A stretch of DNA of 64,000 nt from the NCBI GenBank assembly GCA_964514565.1, contig CAZERA010000002.1, positions 1 to 64,000 of the forward strand, given 5' to 3'. The first letter of the stretch is position 1; each line of letters begins with the position of its first letter. Of this stretch, positions 39,514 to 49,153 are shown one piece after another. The notes beneath the pieces were generated by a model that made no database searches, was not told where the DNA came from, and saw only the letters and a program-made list of their open reading frames with translations. This DNA is from an uncultured Candidatus Peribacteria bacterium (GTDB taxonomy: Bacteria > Patescibacteriota > Gracilibacteria > RBG-16-42-10). A program made the translations under genes and the position numbers.

Positions 39514-40095
39514 ATGCTTATGTCACTCAATCATACTTATATTGTACTCGATTTAGAAACCCAAAAATTATTATTTGAGGTAGGTGGTAAACAGAATCTC
39601 GGCCAACTAGGCATATCAGTTGCTGGTTTATTTGACTCTCGTGACCAACGTTACTTTTGCTTACGAGAAGGAAACATCAAAGATATTGTGCCTTACCTGA
39701 GTACCGTAGATAGAGTAGTAGGATTCAATACTGAGGGCTTTGACTTCGATGTATTGCAGCCATACTTGCCCAATATCAACCTCAAAAGATTGCCTTCTCT
39801 CGATATCCTGACTGAAATCAACAAAGTACTGGGACACCGAATCTCTCTAGATAGCGTAGCCCAAGCCACTCTCGGTCTGAGTAAAAGTGCAGATGGTTTA
39901 ATGGCCGTTAAATGGTTCCATGCTGGCATGTTTGAAGAAATTGAAAAATACTGTTTACAAGATGTAGAGGTAACCAACCGCATCTACCTCCATGTACTAG
40001 AACATGGCGAAATCAAATATAAGGCTCGTGATACTGATGAAATCAAAACTGTGAAACTCAATTTTCACTTTGAACCAGAACAAACTCTTTTCTAA
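39514..40095 (+). CDS. RNase H-like DEDD exonuclease (YprB/RNase_H_2 family)
   Basis: VLDLETQ, VVGFNTEGFDFDVL, SLDSVAQATLG..KSADG, YCLQDVEVT. Confidence 0.85.
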   Translation: MLMSLNHTYIVLDLETQKLLFEVGGKQNLGQLGISVAGLFDSRDQRYFCLREGNIKDIVPYLSTVDRVVGFNTEGFDFDVLQPYLPNINLKRLPSLDILTEINKVLGHRISLDSVAQATLGLSKSADGLMAVKWFHAGMFEEIEKYCLQDVEVTNRIYLHVLEHGEIKYKARDTDEIKTVKLNFHFEPEQTLF

Positions 40096-40104
40096 TATTT
40101 TTGT

Positions 40105-41025
40105 ATGCTAAAGCAGTCACTTGCTATCCTACTGGCAACCACGCTTCTCCTCAGTGGATGTGGCAATCCCACTGCTCCAGCTCAGAAAACAAAATTGATC
40201 GTTACTACCTTTGTCCCCTACTACGTATTTACTCAAAACTTAGTAGGTGAAAATGCAACCGTAATCAATATCATCAACAATACCCAAGAGCCACATGACT
40301 ATCAGCTCAAACCAAGCGATATCGTTACCTTACAAAAAGCTGATTTAATCATTCGCAACGGACTAGGATTAGATGACTGGGTAAAAGAAGCAGCAGAAAA
40401 GAGTGGAACCAAAGCAACAATCCTGACTGCCAGTGATTACATCACACCGCTTGCCCCACAATCTACTCTAGACTTAGATCACCATAGCTACGACCACACA
40501 GATCCAGACACCAATTTCGATCCACATATCTGGGTCTCTCCCAAAAATGTATTGCAGATCTTGCCCCATATTACTGAACAGCTAAGCAAGATCGATCCAG
40601 ATCATAAAGCAGCTTACGAAGAAAAACTTCAGCAATACAGCAGTCGTATTGTCGATTTAGACCAAACTATCACCGAGAAGCTCAAGCCTTTTGCCAACAA
40701 AGAATTCATTTCTTTTCATGAAGCATTTCAGTATTTTGCTCGCGATTATGGATTAGTCAGTACCATCGCTATCGAAGCTTACCCAGGCAAAGAACCTACT
40801 CCTCGCTATCTGCAGGCCCTGATCGAAAAGATTAAAGCTAGTAATATCAAAACTATCTTTTCAGAGCCACAGTTCTCACCACGAATTATCGAGGTACTGG
40901 CTCAGGATCTCAACCTCAAGGTATTCAGCCTAGATCCCCTAGAGACTGGCACATACGCAGAGGATCTCTATGAAAAGAATACCCTCCTCAATGTCCAAAA
41001 TATTGTTCAAGCTTTTTCACTATGA
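40105..41025 (+). CDS. znuA: Zn/Mn ABC transporter substrate-binding lipoprotein (ZnuA-like)
   Basis: Lipobox LLSGC, EPHDYQLKP, DPHIWVSP, FHEAFQYFA. Confidence 0.9.
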   Translation: MLKQSLAILLATTLLLSGCGNPTAPAQKTKLIVTTFVPYYVFTQNLVGENATVINIINNTQEPHDYQLKPSDIVTLQKADLIIRNGLGLDDWVKEAAEKSGTKATILTASDYITPLAPQSTLDLDHHSYDHTDPDTNFDPHIWVSPKNVLQILPHITEQLSKIDPDHKAAYEEKLQQYSSRIVDLDQTITEKLKPFANKEFISFHEAFQYFARDYGLVSTIAIEAYPGKEPTPRYLQALIEKIKASNIKTIFSEPQFSPRIIEVLAQDLNLKVFSLDPLETGTYAEDLYEKNTLLNVQNIVQAFSL

Positions 41026-41696
41026 AAACTTTACTAGCACTAGAAAACGTCGGCATTGAGATTGATAAAAAAGTGATTATTGATCAGGTCTCATTTACCG
41101 TTGAAGCTGGCCAAATTATTGGTTTGGTCGGACCCAATGGTGGCGGCAAAAGTACATTAGTAAAAGCGATACTAGGTTTACTACCCATTACTAGAGGCAC
41201 TATCAAACGTACGGAATCAGTACGAATTGGCTACTTACCACAAAGGCCACCGATTTCTTTTGATATTCCACTAACGGTTAAAGAACTTTGGTCAGTATAT
41301 AAAGCCACAACAGCAAAAGCAAAATCGTGGATCGAAAAGCTAGAGATTGAATCTTTGGCTGACAAACAGGTACGAAGCCTCTCTGGTGGCGAGCTCCAAA
41401 AAGTATTTTTAATCGTAGCGATTGCTGATGATCCTGATCTGATTATTTTGGACGAACCTAGTTCAAACATCGATGCTGAGAGTGATAAAACACTGAAAAC
41501 AGTACTCATGGACGAAAAGAAACAAGGGAAAAGCATGATCATCATTTCTCACGACATTGATAGCATCGCTCAAACAGCTGACTATCTCCTGTGTTTACAA
41601 CAAAGAATGATTTGTGCTGGCAAGCCCAACCTAGTCTTGCGTAGTCAAGAATTTCAAAATCTGATCGGAGACCATCATCATCATCATCACCACTAA
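41022..41696 (+). CDS. znuC: Zn/Mn ABC transporter ATPase (ZnuC-like)
   Basis: GPNGGGKST, LSGGE, ILDEP, ISHD, His7 tail. Confidence 0.9.
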   Translation: MKTLLALENVGIEIDKKVIIDQVSFTVEAGQIIGLVGPNGGGKSTLVKAILGLLPITRGTIKRTESVRIGYLPQRPPISFDIPLTVKELWSVYKATTAKAKSWIEKLEIESLADKQVRSLSGGELQKVFLIVAIADDPDLIILDEPSSNIDAESDKTLKTVLMDEKKQGKSMIIISHDIDSIAQTADYLLCLQQRMICAGKPNLVLRSQEFQNLIGDHHHHHHH

Positions 41697-41706
41697 ACTG
41701 AGCATT

Positions 41707-42525
41707 ATGATTGCACATCTCTGGGAAGCTTTTTCCTATCCATTCATGTGGCGAGCCTTGATCGCAGGTGTATTACTCGCTATTCTTACCTCCCAAGTAG
41801 GCATATTTGTCTTGAGCCGAAAGTTAGCATTCTTGGGCGATACTCTTTCTCATGCAGCTTTTACCGGCATAGCGGTAGGGTTAATTACTGGCATCCATCC
41901 TCAAATCACCGTTTTTGCCATCGCTATTTTGGTAGCCTTCTTACTGACCTGGTTGCAAGACAATGCCAAGCTATCTTCTGATACTTATATTGCTATCCTT
42001 TACTCCTCACTATTGTCCTTCGGTATAGTATTGATTAGCCTTTTTACCGGTTTTAGAGCTGAGCTTTTTCAGTACTTATTTGGTGACATATTGGCCATCG
42101 ACAACACTGATCTCATTATGATCTTGGTAGTAACCATTGCCACGATTATCGGTCTATTCTGGCAGTATCGCCCACTGATGATGGTAGTAATCGACAAAGA
42201 TATTGCTCAAAGCAAAGGCGTGAAAGTAAAAATATACAACTACCTATTTATCTTATTGCTAGCACTAACTACAGCCGTGACTATTAAAATTATCGGCGTA
42301 CTCCTCCTAAGCAGTCTCTTAGTAATACCAGCTGCTTGCGCCATGATGCAGGCTCGTAGTCTCAAAGGGGCCTTTGTTTACTCATTTATCGTCGCAGAAG
42401 TAATGGCAATCCTGGGTTTGATTTGCTCGTACCTGGGAGACACGCCATCAGGTCCTACAATGATTTTAATAGGCAGCGTGATGTTTGCAGCCTTAAACAT
42501 CAAACACGCTCTCCAGAAGCATTAG
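41707..42525 (+). CDS. znuB: Zn/Mn ABC transporter permease (ZnuB-like)
   Basis: FLGDTLSHAAFTG, YLFGDIL, IGVLLLSSLLVIPA, DTPSGPT. Confidence 0.9.
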   Translation: MIAHLWEAFSYPFMWRALIAGVLLAILTSQVGIFVLSRKLAFLGDTLSHAAFTGIAVGLITGIHPQITVFAIAILVAFLLTWLQDNAKLSSDTYIAILYSSLLSFGIVLISLFTGFRAELFQYLFGDILAIDNTDLIMILVVTIATIIGLFWQYRPLMMVVIDKDIAQSKGVKVKIYNYLFILLLALTTAVTIKIIGVLLLSSLLVIPAACAMMQARSLKGAFVYSFIVAEVMAILGLICSYLGDTPSGPTMILIGSVMFAALNIKHALQKH

Positions 42526-42527
42526 GC

Positions 42528-43397
42528 TTACTGTGGCAGGGTAATGTATGGAACAGCTGCTTCGTGAACGGTAACTAATTGATCTTTTTGGAGTGTCTGT
42601 AAAATCTCCGACCATTGATATCCTTGAATGTCGACAGCCAACAACTCCGGCATGCTCAATTGTTCTTTTGCTTGTAATAACTTCAAAACCTGTCCACGAT
42701 AAAACCGCCTTGAGTGAGGAAAATGAGACTGCTTGGGTCTCTTTACGATGAACGACTGAGTTTGATAAGCATTACAATGATCACGCAAAGGACAGATCAT
42801 ACATTGAGGTTTTCCCTTACAAACTTTGGCACCAAAGTCCATTAATGCTTGAAAGAAATAGCGAGCAAACGGATCATGTTGTTTCGCCTCAGGCTTACTC
42901 AAAAGCAATCGGATTTTTTGTTCAATCTGCTCTCGCTCTAGATAAGGCAAAGCCCAAAAGTAACGGAGCAAGATTCGCTCGATATTAGTATCAATCACTA
43001 CCACTTCCTGCTCAAAGGCAAAAGCTTGCAAAGCAGCAGCTGTATAAGGTCCGATCCCCGGCAAGGCCAATAATTGAGTCGCGTCCTTGGGCAATTCACC
43101 ATTATATTCTGCCACAACAGCAGTAGCCAACTTCTGCAAACGCAGAGCACGTGAATTATAGCCAAGCCCTGACCACAGTCGAAGAACCTGAGCTGGTGAA
43201 GCTTGTGCCAAATCCTGCCAAGTCGGAAAGGCCTCTAACCAAGCATGATATTTAGGAATCACACGATCTACTTGAGTTTGTTGCAGCATGAATTCAGACA
43301 CACAAATAGCATACGGATCCCGAGTAAGACGCCAAGGCAGATGGGTACGGCCCTCAACTTCAAACCAACGCCAAATTTCTTTAATGAAATTTTTCAT
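42528..43397 (-). CDS. mutY: A/G-specific adenine glycosylase (short form, no NUDIX-like C-terminal domain)
   Basis: LPWR, VSEFMLQQTQV, WSGLGYNSRA, LPGIGPYTA, C-x5-C-x2-C-x5-C Fe-S motif. Confidence 0.92.
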   Translation of the reverse strand: MKNFIKEIWRWFEVEGRTHLPWRLTRDPYAICVSEFMLQQTQVDRVIPKYHAWLEAFPTWQDLAQASPAQVLRLWSGLGYNSRALRLQKLATAVVAEYNGELPKDATQLLALPGIGPYTAAALQAFAFEQEVVVIDTNIERILLRYFWALPYLEREQIEQKIRLLLSKPEAKQHDPFARYFFQALMDFGAKVCKGKPQCMICPLRDHCNAYQTQSFIVKRPKQSHFPHSRRFYRGQVLKLLQAKEQLSMPELLAVDIQGYQWSEILQTLQKDQLVTVHEAAVPYITLPQ

Positions 43398-43510
43398 AAA
43401 TGCTGTGTTCTATATCATCATACTGCCTCAAATAAAGCACACAAGAGCAGTTTTTGATAAATTGACTTTCATACGAAATCGGATCTTAATTAAGGCTCAT
43501 AATCTCCCCC

Positions 43511-44119
43511 ATGGTTTTTACTTTCCTTCGACATGCAGAGAGCACATACAAGACAAGCAATATTGAACCTGACCAAGACACAGGCTTGAGTGAGAATGGC
43601 AAAGAGCAAGCCAGAAAGCTCAAGGCGATGTTGGGATCAACCTTCTTTCAAGCTGCCATTAGTAGCCCATTACAAAGAGCAATAGAAACTGCTACAGCAG
43701 TTTACCCACCACCCAAAAAGATTGAGATTGACGCTCGTTTACAAGAAATACGAAAACCAAGTGCACTGATCAACCTGAGCGAAGAAGATCAGTTATTCAA
43801 AACTATCAAACAAGACTTACTCACCCATGGACATAAAAAAGACTGGAAACACTCAGATGAAGAAAGCTACTATAAATTTCATCAAAGAATAGCTGACTTC
43901 CTCAACACAGTCCCAGTCAAACCCACACTAGTAGTCACCCACAGTGGAGTGATCAGAATGGTAATCGCCATCATCAAAAATCTCAAAGCAGATCCAGAAA
44001 CCGTGATCCGCTCTTTCCTTGACTCCAGACACACCACCCACATCGAATACGGCACAGCCGTAAAAATAGAAATGGCAGCAAAAAAACTCAAAGTACTAGA
44101 AATAGTAAACCTACTCTAA
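43511..44119 (+). CDS. Histidine phosphatase family protein
   Basis: FLRHAES, SSPLQRAIETA, DARLQE, VVTHSGVIR. Confidence 0.88.
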   Translation: MVFTFLRHAESTYKTSNIEPDQDTGLSENGKEQARKLKAMLGSTFFQAAISSPLQRAIETATAVYPPPKKIEIDARLQEIRKPSALINLSEEDQLFKTIKQDLLTHGHKKDWKHSDEESYYKFHQRIADFLNTVPVKPTLVVTHSGVIRMVIAIIKNLKADPETVIRSFLDSRHTTHIEYGTAVKIEMAAKKLKVLEIVNLL

Positions 44120-44146
44120 TCTCTGATCTCTCCCGCAGGCGCGGGA
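44120..44146. repeat. Family D remnant plus REP-like palindrome
   Basis: TCTCTGATCTC-TCCCGCAGGCGCGGGA; palindrome differs at 1 position from 10761-10776. Confidence 0.6.
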
Positions 44147-44152
44147 TGATCT

Positions 44153-44330
44153 AAAAAGGGTGGACCCCTCTAAGCGCGTGATGTACAAGAACGTGTTCCC
44201 CTAAAAGATAATAGGGCGGAGTCCTCAGTCTCGAATTCCACGGAACCAAGACGAATATCAGACTCCAATGAGCACGTATTGTAGAGGAAAATTGCTTGTA
44301 CTTAGACCGCGAAAACAAAGAAGAGTCACG
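44153..44330 (-). ncRNA. Candidate 6S RNA-like rod-shaped ncRNA
   Basis: Nested stems on minus strand GACUCUUCU/AGAGGGGUC, CGCG/CGCG, GUACAAG/CUUGUAC, ACGUG/CACGU, GGAGUC/GACUCC with large internal bulges; TGcTATCTT extended -10 at 44344-44336; U-run at 3' end. Confidence 0.5.
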
Positions 44331-44409
44331 GGAGAAAGATAGCACATTGTGATGATGAATTGTAGTATCTTTTTGTCTTTTTTGATTAGTATCCTAACTT
44401 ATTCGTTCT

Positions 44410-45897
44410 ATGCCTACAGCTAAACCTGCCACATCAAGTTGGCCTAATCCTGCCTTTTTGCTTTGGACAGCATTTATTTGTGGCATGAGTCTCATGACAG
44501 TAGAGATCACGGCTTCTCGCATCCTCGCACCATATTTTGGCACTTCATTATTTGTGTGGAGCAATATTATTGGTGTAGTCCTACTTGCCCTTTCTTTTGG
44601 CTATTACTGGGGCGGCAAAATAGCAGATCAATACCCAAATAGTACCAAGCTCTACTATTTAGTATTTACCACCGCAGTCTGGTTAACCTTTTTACCGTGG
44701 TTTAGTACAGGTTTGCTCAAAGCTACACTTACATTCCCATCAACTGCAGTATTTGCTTTATCACTCCTAGCTGCTTTTGTTTTGTTTTTCCCTCCATGTA
44801 CCATTATGGGCATGATATCGCCTTATGTACTCAAGCTTCTTAGTAAAGACCCCAAGAAACTAGGGCGTGAAGCAGGACGATTATCAGCCATCTCTACTAT
44901 TGGTAGTTTGATCGGCACATTTTTGCCAGTTTTGGTCAGCATCCCTTTGATCGGTACTTTGCGAACGACATTAGTTTTCGCTGCTATTCTTTTCTTTACT
45001 GCTGCATTAGGGCTCAAAAGAAAAGCATTCCAAATCTTCACTATCATACCTTTATTCCTTTGTTTAATTGCTCCAGCTTTCTTAAGCAGTACCAATACTA
45101 TTTATAGTGGCGAATCGAGCTACAACTTCGTGCATGTCTATGAAAATAGAGGCAACCGCTTCTTACAGATCGATGATCCACGCTCAGTACACTCAGTCAA
45201 AATGGCAGAAGGGAATGTTACTCACAATTACTGGGACTATGCTGCGGCTATTCCATTTAGTATACCAACTCAGAACACCTTGATTTTAGGTCTAGCAGGT
45301 GGAAACATCAGTAATTTACTGCATCAGTATTTTCCTGCAATGCAAATTACTGGAATAGAAATCGATCCTCTTTTGATCGATATCGGTAAACAATTTTTTA
45401 GCACTGCAAGTTCCAATACTACAATTATCGCTGATGACGCACGCAGCTACCTTACTCGCAACAATCAAAAGTATGATTTCATCGTGCTTGATGCCTATCA
45501 TAATCTCAATTTACCTATTCACCTGAGCACCACTGAATTCTTTGGTTTAGTCGGTGACCACCTAACAAACGACGGCACTTTTGCAATTAATGTGGCACAT
45601 AGCAACAACCATTCTGACTTGGATGGCTACTTGGCAGCTACATTGGCTCCTCATTTCAAATACCTCTACAGTCTAGATACCAACGGTGGCTACAATTCAA
45701 TTCTGATTGGGCGCAATCAACCATGGCCGACCACACTGACACCAGCCCAACAACAACTAATCACTACCACACCAGAATTGAGCCATGTTTGGGATAAGCT
45801 TCCTCCCAAAGTAATCTCAACGACAGATCAGCAAAAAGTCCAAACTGATGACCTCAATATTCTAGAGTGGCTAAGTAGTGGCGAATCGATGCAATAA
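44410..45897 (+). CDS. Fused membrane domain / spermidine synthase-like SAM-binding protein
   Basis: 7 TM N-terminus (EITASRILAPYFGTS, STIGSLIGTF); ILGLAGG, IEIDP, DDARSYL, YDFIVLDAY, TDD. Confidence 0.88.
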   Translation: MPTAKPATSSWPNPAFLLWTAFICGMSLMTVEITASRILAPYFGTSLFVWSNIIGVVLLALSFGYYWGGKIADQYPNSTKLYYLVFTTAVWLTFLPWFSTGLLKATLTFPSTAVFALSLLAAFVLFFPPCTIMGMISPYVLKLLSKDPKKLGREAGRLSAISTIGSLIGTFLPVLVSIPLIGTLRTTLVFAAILFFTAALGLKRKAFQIFTIIPLFLCLIAPAFLSSTNTIYSGESSYNFVHVYENRGNRFLQIDDPRSVHSVKMAEGNVTHNYWDYAAAIPFSIPTQNTLILGLAGGNISNLLHQYFPAMQITGIEIDPLLIDIGKQFFSTASSNTTIIADDARSYLTRNNQKYDFIVLDAYHNLNLPIHLSTTEFFGLVGDHLTNDGTFAINVAHSNNHSDLDGYLAATLAPHFKYLYSLDTNGGYNSILIGRNQPWPTTLTPAQQQLITTTPELSHVWDKLPPKVISTTDQQKVQTDDLNILEWLSSGESMQ

Positions 45898-45995
45898 GAT
45901 TGGCTTACTGACAGCAAATTGACGTTTTGAAGAGTTTGGTTATAATGATCTTTCCTAGCTATGAAAGCTGGAAAATCATTTATTGAGTTATATCC

Positions 45996-47633
45996 ATGGG
46001 CGCCATTGAAGCAGGACCTTTTGCAGCAGTAAGAAAGACACAACCAGGCATTGAACATAAAGAATATAGTGCAGCTACAGAAAAGTATGTTCGTGAACAA
46101 TACCGAGATGTACTTTATAAAGTAGCCACATACTATAGTGGTTATTTTGAACGCTCACAAAATGGCAAACTTATTCTTAGGCAATGCGTAAATCTGAGTA
46201 ATGACATACAGGTGGGAAACCCATCGGTCAGATCAATCAATAAATTAACTCAAGAAGTACAAAAAATTGTTGATAAAATCAAAGCATTCTGCCTTGAAGA
46301 GAATCATCGAATCAGGCTAGAAGTTTCACTTGATGTTAAGCACACAATTCTTGCTAGATTTCCTGAGTACGGTAAAGCGGCAAAATTTTGGCAACAATCT
46401 TCACCAGTACAAAAGCTACAACACACAATTGACTCCACCGAAGATATAAAAGTAATACAACAGAAACTGAGCGTTTTTAGCAGTGACATGCAAATACAAG
46501 GCAGAGTTATTCCACTCGATGTAGAGCCACAAATCTTAAAAATAGGGAAAGACATCACCAAGGCAACACAATATGAACACGCTTTAGCTGCCATTCTTGC
46601 TGAGATAGAATTCGTACCAGTAAAAATTGAGATCGAAGTCAAACGCGAAGATGGGGTAAATAAAGAACACGCTAAAGTAAGTACCGCGGTAGCAACATAT
46701 GTTGAGAGCTATAAAAAACCGAATGAGGATATTGCCACCAGATATCATGAGAAAGAAGACTATGATGAAATAATCATCACTATTCCTCCCACAGCCGATA
46801 CTGATATGCAAAGAGCTAAGATCCGTGTAGCAGGCATTAGATATAAAGAAGCAATAGATAATAAAACTACTTTCAATCGAAATTCCTTCTCAGCAAGCAG
46901 ACTCAATACAATTGTGGAAGACCTTAGACAGCAAGCCAACTTACAAGCACAGTTTTCAGCACCTGAAAGAGATACTATGGAGATAAAAACACCTTTTTCT
47001 AGACGAGTATTTTTTGCCAAACTAAGAAGACAAGTCTCTAATGGCTGGAATTATCTGAAAAATATCTTCAAACCTGTCGTTAGAAGACGGAGCGCAATCG
47101 CTGCTTTTGGTTTGGCAGCTTTACTTGGTTTAGGATTAGCTGGGAGACACACGACAGTTCATCATGAACAAGAACCTTTACCTACCCCAGTATCCTTAAC
47201 ACCAGCAACTCCAGTTCATACAGCTTTACCTAACCAACAACAAGAAACACCGCAGGTTAGAGAGACACCAGCACCAACAACTGTCTCAAACCATCTTGTA
47301 GTACATCAATCCACCAGCGAAGGCAGCAGATACAGCTTAGCTAGCCACAATCATAATACCAACGAAACACTGCAAAGATTAGTAAGCTCTATGGGCTTCA
47401 ACTCAGTACAAACCAAAGTAATTTCCACTCGTTTGGACAATCAGCTGATGGCTGCCCGAGGAATCCAAGCTCCGCATACGCACACTCATGCCAACCAAAC
47501 GGTGACCCTAGAACAAGACAATACCGGCTCTCAAATCAGATTATCTGTTCAAGATGCATCTGGTCACTCACTCTACCAAACAGGCTGGTTTGCCAAAGAG
47601 ATTGGCTTTAGAAACTTCACAGCAAGAAGATAG
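45996..47633 (+). CDS. Hypothetical single-pass membrane protein, Pro/Thr/His-rich C-terminal part
   Basis: 545 aa, TM AIAAFGLAALLGLGLAG after RRRS; no family recognised. Confidence 0.75.
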   Translation: MGAIEAGPFAAVRKTQPGIEHKEYSAATEKYVREQYRDVLYKVATYYSGYFERSQNGKLILRQCVNLSNDIQVGNPSVRSINKLTQEVQKIVDKIKAFCLEENHRIRLEVSLDVKHTILARFPEYGKAAKFWQQSSPVQKLQHTIDSTEDIKVIQQKLSVFSSDMQIQGRVIPLDVEPQILKIGKDITKATQYEHALAAILAEIEFVPVKIEIEVKREDGVNKEHAKVSTAVATYVESYKKPNEDIATRYHEKEDYDEIIITIPPTADTDMQRAKIRVAGIRYKEAIDNKTTFNRNSFSASRLNTIVEDLRQQANLQAQFSAPERDTMEIKTPFSRRVFFAKLRRQVSNGWNYLKNIFKPVVRRRSAIAAFGLAALLGLGLAGRHTTVHHEQEPLPTPVSLTPATPVHTALPNQQQETPQVRETPAPTTVSNHLVVHQSTSEGSRYSLASHNHNTNETLQRLVSSMGFNSVQTKVISTRLDNQLMAARGIQAPHTHTHANQTVTLEQDNTGSQIRLSVQDASGHSLYQTGWFAKEIGFRNFTARR

Positions 47634-47733
47634 GGGTTTAATTAACAATTGACGATTAACAGTTTGGCGGAGGGGCGTAACTGTTTAGTCCGACATCCGA
47701 TCTAATTGTAAATTGTCACTTGTTAATTGTTAA
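47634..47733. repeat. Heptamer inverted-repeat element, family B, filling a convergent gap stop-to-stop
   Basis: TTAATTAACAATTGACGATTAACAG facing TAATTGTAAATTGTCACTTGTTAATTGTTAA; bounded by TAG 47631-47633 and CTA 47734-47736. Confidence 0.85.
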
Positions 47734-48261
47734 CTATTGAATTAATTCTTTCCAGTTTTGTTCGTACTCCTTGAACTTTTCTTCAAAGACAGAGCGTTCT
47801 GTCAAAGCCACGCCTAGCTCTGCTAGCTTTGTTTTTAGCATAGCTACTGATGATGACTGATCTTGGTCTTCACACATTTTCTCAAGCTCGATGATATATC
47901 CGTATCCACGGGTATAATCCAGCATTACTTTAATCTCTCCCCAATCAAATGTGTGCCTAGTACGAAACCATTTAATCTTGATCGGATATCCCAGCGCTGT
48001 AAACAGGCTCTCCAGTCCAGCAAACTGTTCACGATCTACTTTGATTTCTAATTCCTCACGCGCTTCATCATGTACTTTACCTTGTTTCAAAACTATCTTG
48101 GCAAAAAAGTTATTCTTTTGAATACGAAGGTCATGCTCAGACTGAAAATAATACGTTTCTTGTTCATCAGTACTGACAAATGTCCCCTGCTCTTGAAACA
48201 AACTCACTAGCTGGGCAAATTGCTCCTTGGTAATAAAACTACGGATCTCTGCTTCAATCAT
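47734..48261 (-). CDS. CYTH-domain protein
   Basis: IEAEIRS, QETYYF, DLRIQK, REELEI, GYGYIIELEKM. Confidence 0.85.
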   Translation of the reverse strand: MIEAEIRSFITKEQFAQLVSLFQEQGTFVSTDEQETYYFQSEHDLRIQKNNFFAKIVLKQGKVHDEAREELEIKVDREQFAGLESLFTALGYPIKIKWFRTRHTFDWGEIKVMLDYTRGYGYIIELEKMCEDQDQSSSVAMLKTKLAELGVALTERSVFEEKFKEYEQNWKELIQ

Positions 48262-48270
48262 AAATAGTAG

Positions 48271-48816
48271 TTAGTTGAGAATATATTCCCACCCCGGTTT
48301 CCAAGATTTAGTTTTGCGCCAATCATGGGCAAATGCCTCTTCCCAGGTCTCACCTTTGAGTAAAACATCCAAAGCTAGCTGAGGAGCTTTGTGAGCAACA
48401 ATAGCAATACTTCTCCCATCATAATGCTCTTTCAGAGAGCTTAAAAAGTCATTCATCCTCGCTTTTACATCTTCATAACACTCACCATCAGGGAAACGAT
48501 CACTGATTGCCTTCTCCTGCATTGGTTCGACAATGCTAGAAGCATGCGCATTGAATTGCCCATAGTTACATTCACGTAGTCGCTTATCAATCACAATCTC
48601 ACTGGCACCATCAAAAGTAAGTTTGGCTGATGCGACGGCCCGTTTTAGATCAGAACAAAATACCACATCAAAATGTTTATCTTTGATTAGACTCTTGAGA
48701 TCTATTGATTGCTGAATCCCCAGTGGTGAGAGCTCTACATCAGCCCATCCCGAAGAAACTTCTTTTTCATTGTCCGTAGTAGTGCCATGAACAAAGTAAG
48801 TAATGTTTACAGCCAT
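48271..48816 (-). CDS. Histidine phosphatase family protein
   Basis: FVHGTT (RHG variant), CSDLKRA, RLRECNYG, IVAHKAP. Confidence 0.85.
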   Translation of the reverse strand: MAVNITYFVHGTTTDNEKEVSSGWADVELSPLGIQQSIDLKSLIKDKHFDVVFCSDLKRAVASAKLTFDGASEIVIDKRLRECNYGQFNAHASSIVEPMQEKAISDRFPDGECYEDVKARMNDFLSSLKEHYDGRSIAIVAHKAPQLALDVLLKGETWEEAFAHDWRKTKSWKPGWEYILN

Positions 48817-48911
48817 AGAAATAAATAAATGAAAAGAACACGTTGCCAGTATAGCAAGGTGTTCTTGAATTACGAGTATAAGACTGAACCATTATTACTA
48901 CTGCTCAAACA

Positions 48912-49103
48912 CTAGTTCACGTCGTTTGTTTGTAGAGCAGCCACTACCATGGCCACCTCTTCTCTCGTCGTCACTACTTGTTGTGGGACATCAGTAACTT
49001 GATCGAGTGTCCCATTTGGCACCAAATCCCCTGCCGTGGATCGTTTGATTTGGTTACCACTGACATAATAACTTGCGAAAACCCCGTCATCGAGATTGTG
49101 CAT
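48912..49103 (-). CDS. Small hypothetical protein
   Basis: Short ORF (MHNLDDG...), fills gap in a minus-strand gene run. Confidence 0.4.
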   Translation of the reverse strand: MHNLDDGVFASYYVSGNQIKRSTAGDLVPNGTLDQVTDVPQQVVTTREEVAMVVAALQTNDVN

Positions 49104-49153
49104 AAATAAAATTGTTAACAGCAAATAATATACTGTCAACACCATAAATGCAA

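Noticed and set aside
41673..41696. His7 tail on the ABC ATPase as an engineered tag
   Set aside because: His-rich tails are normal for Zn-uptake ATPases, and the context is a native operon.
44151..44345. 64-aa minus-strand ORF
   Set aside because: Coincides with a strongly self-complementary region whose predicted promoter overlaps the ORF start; ncRNA is more plausible.
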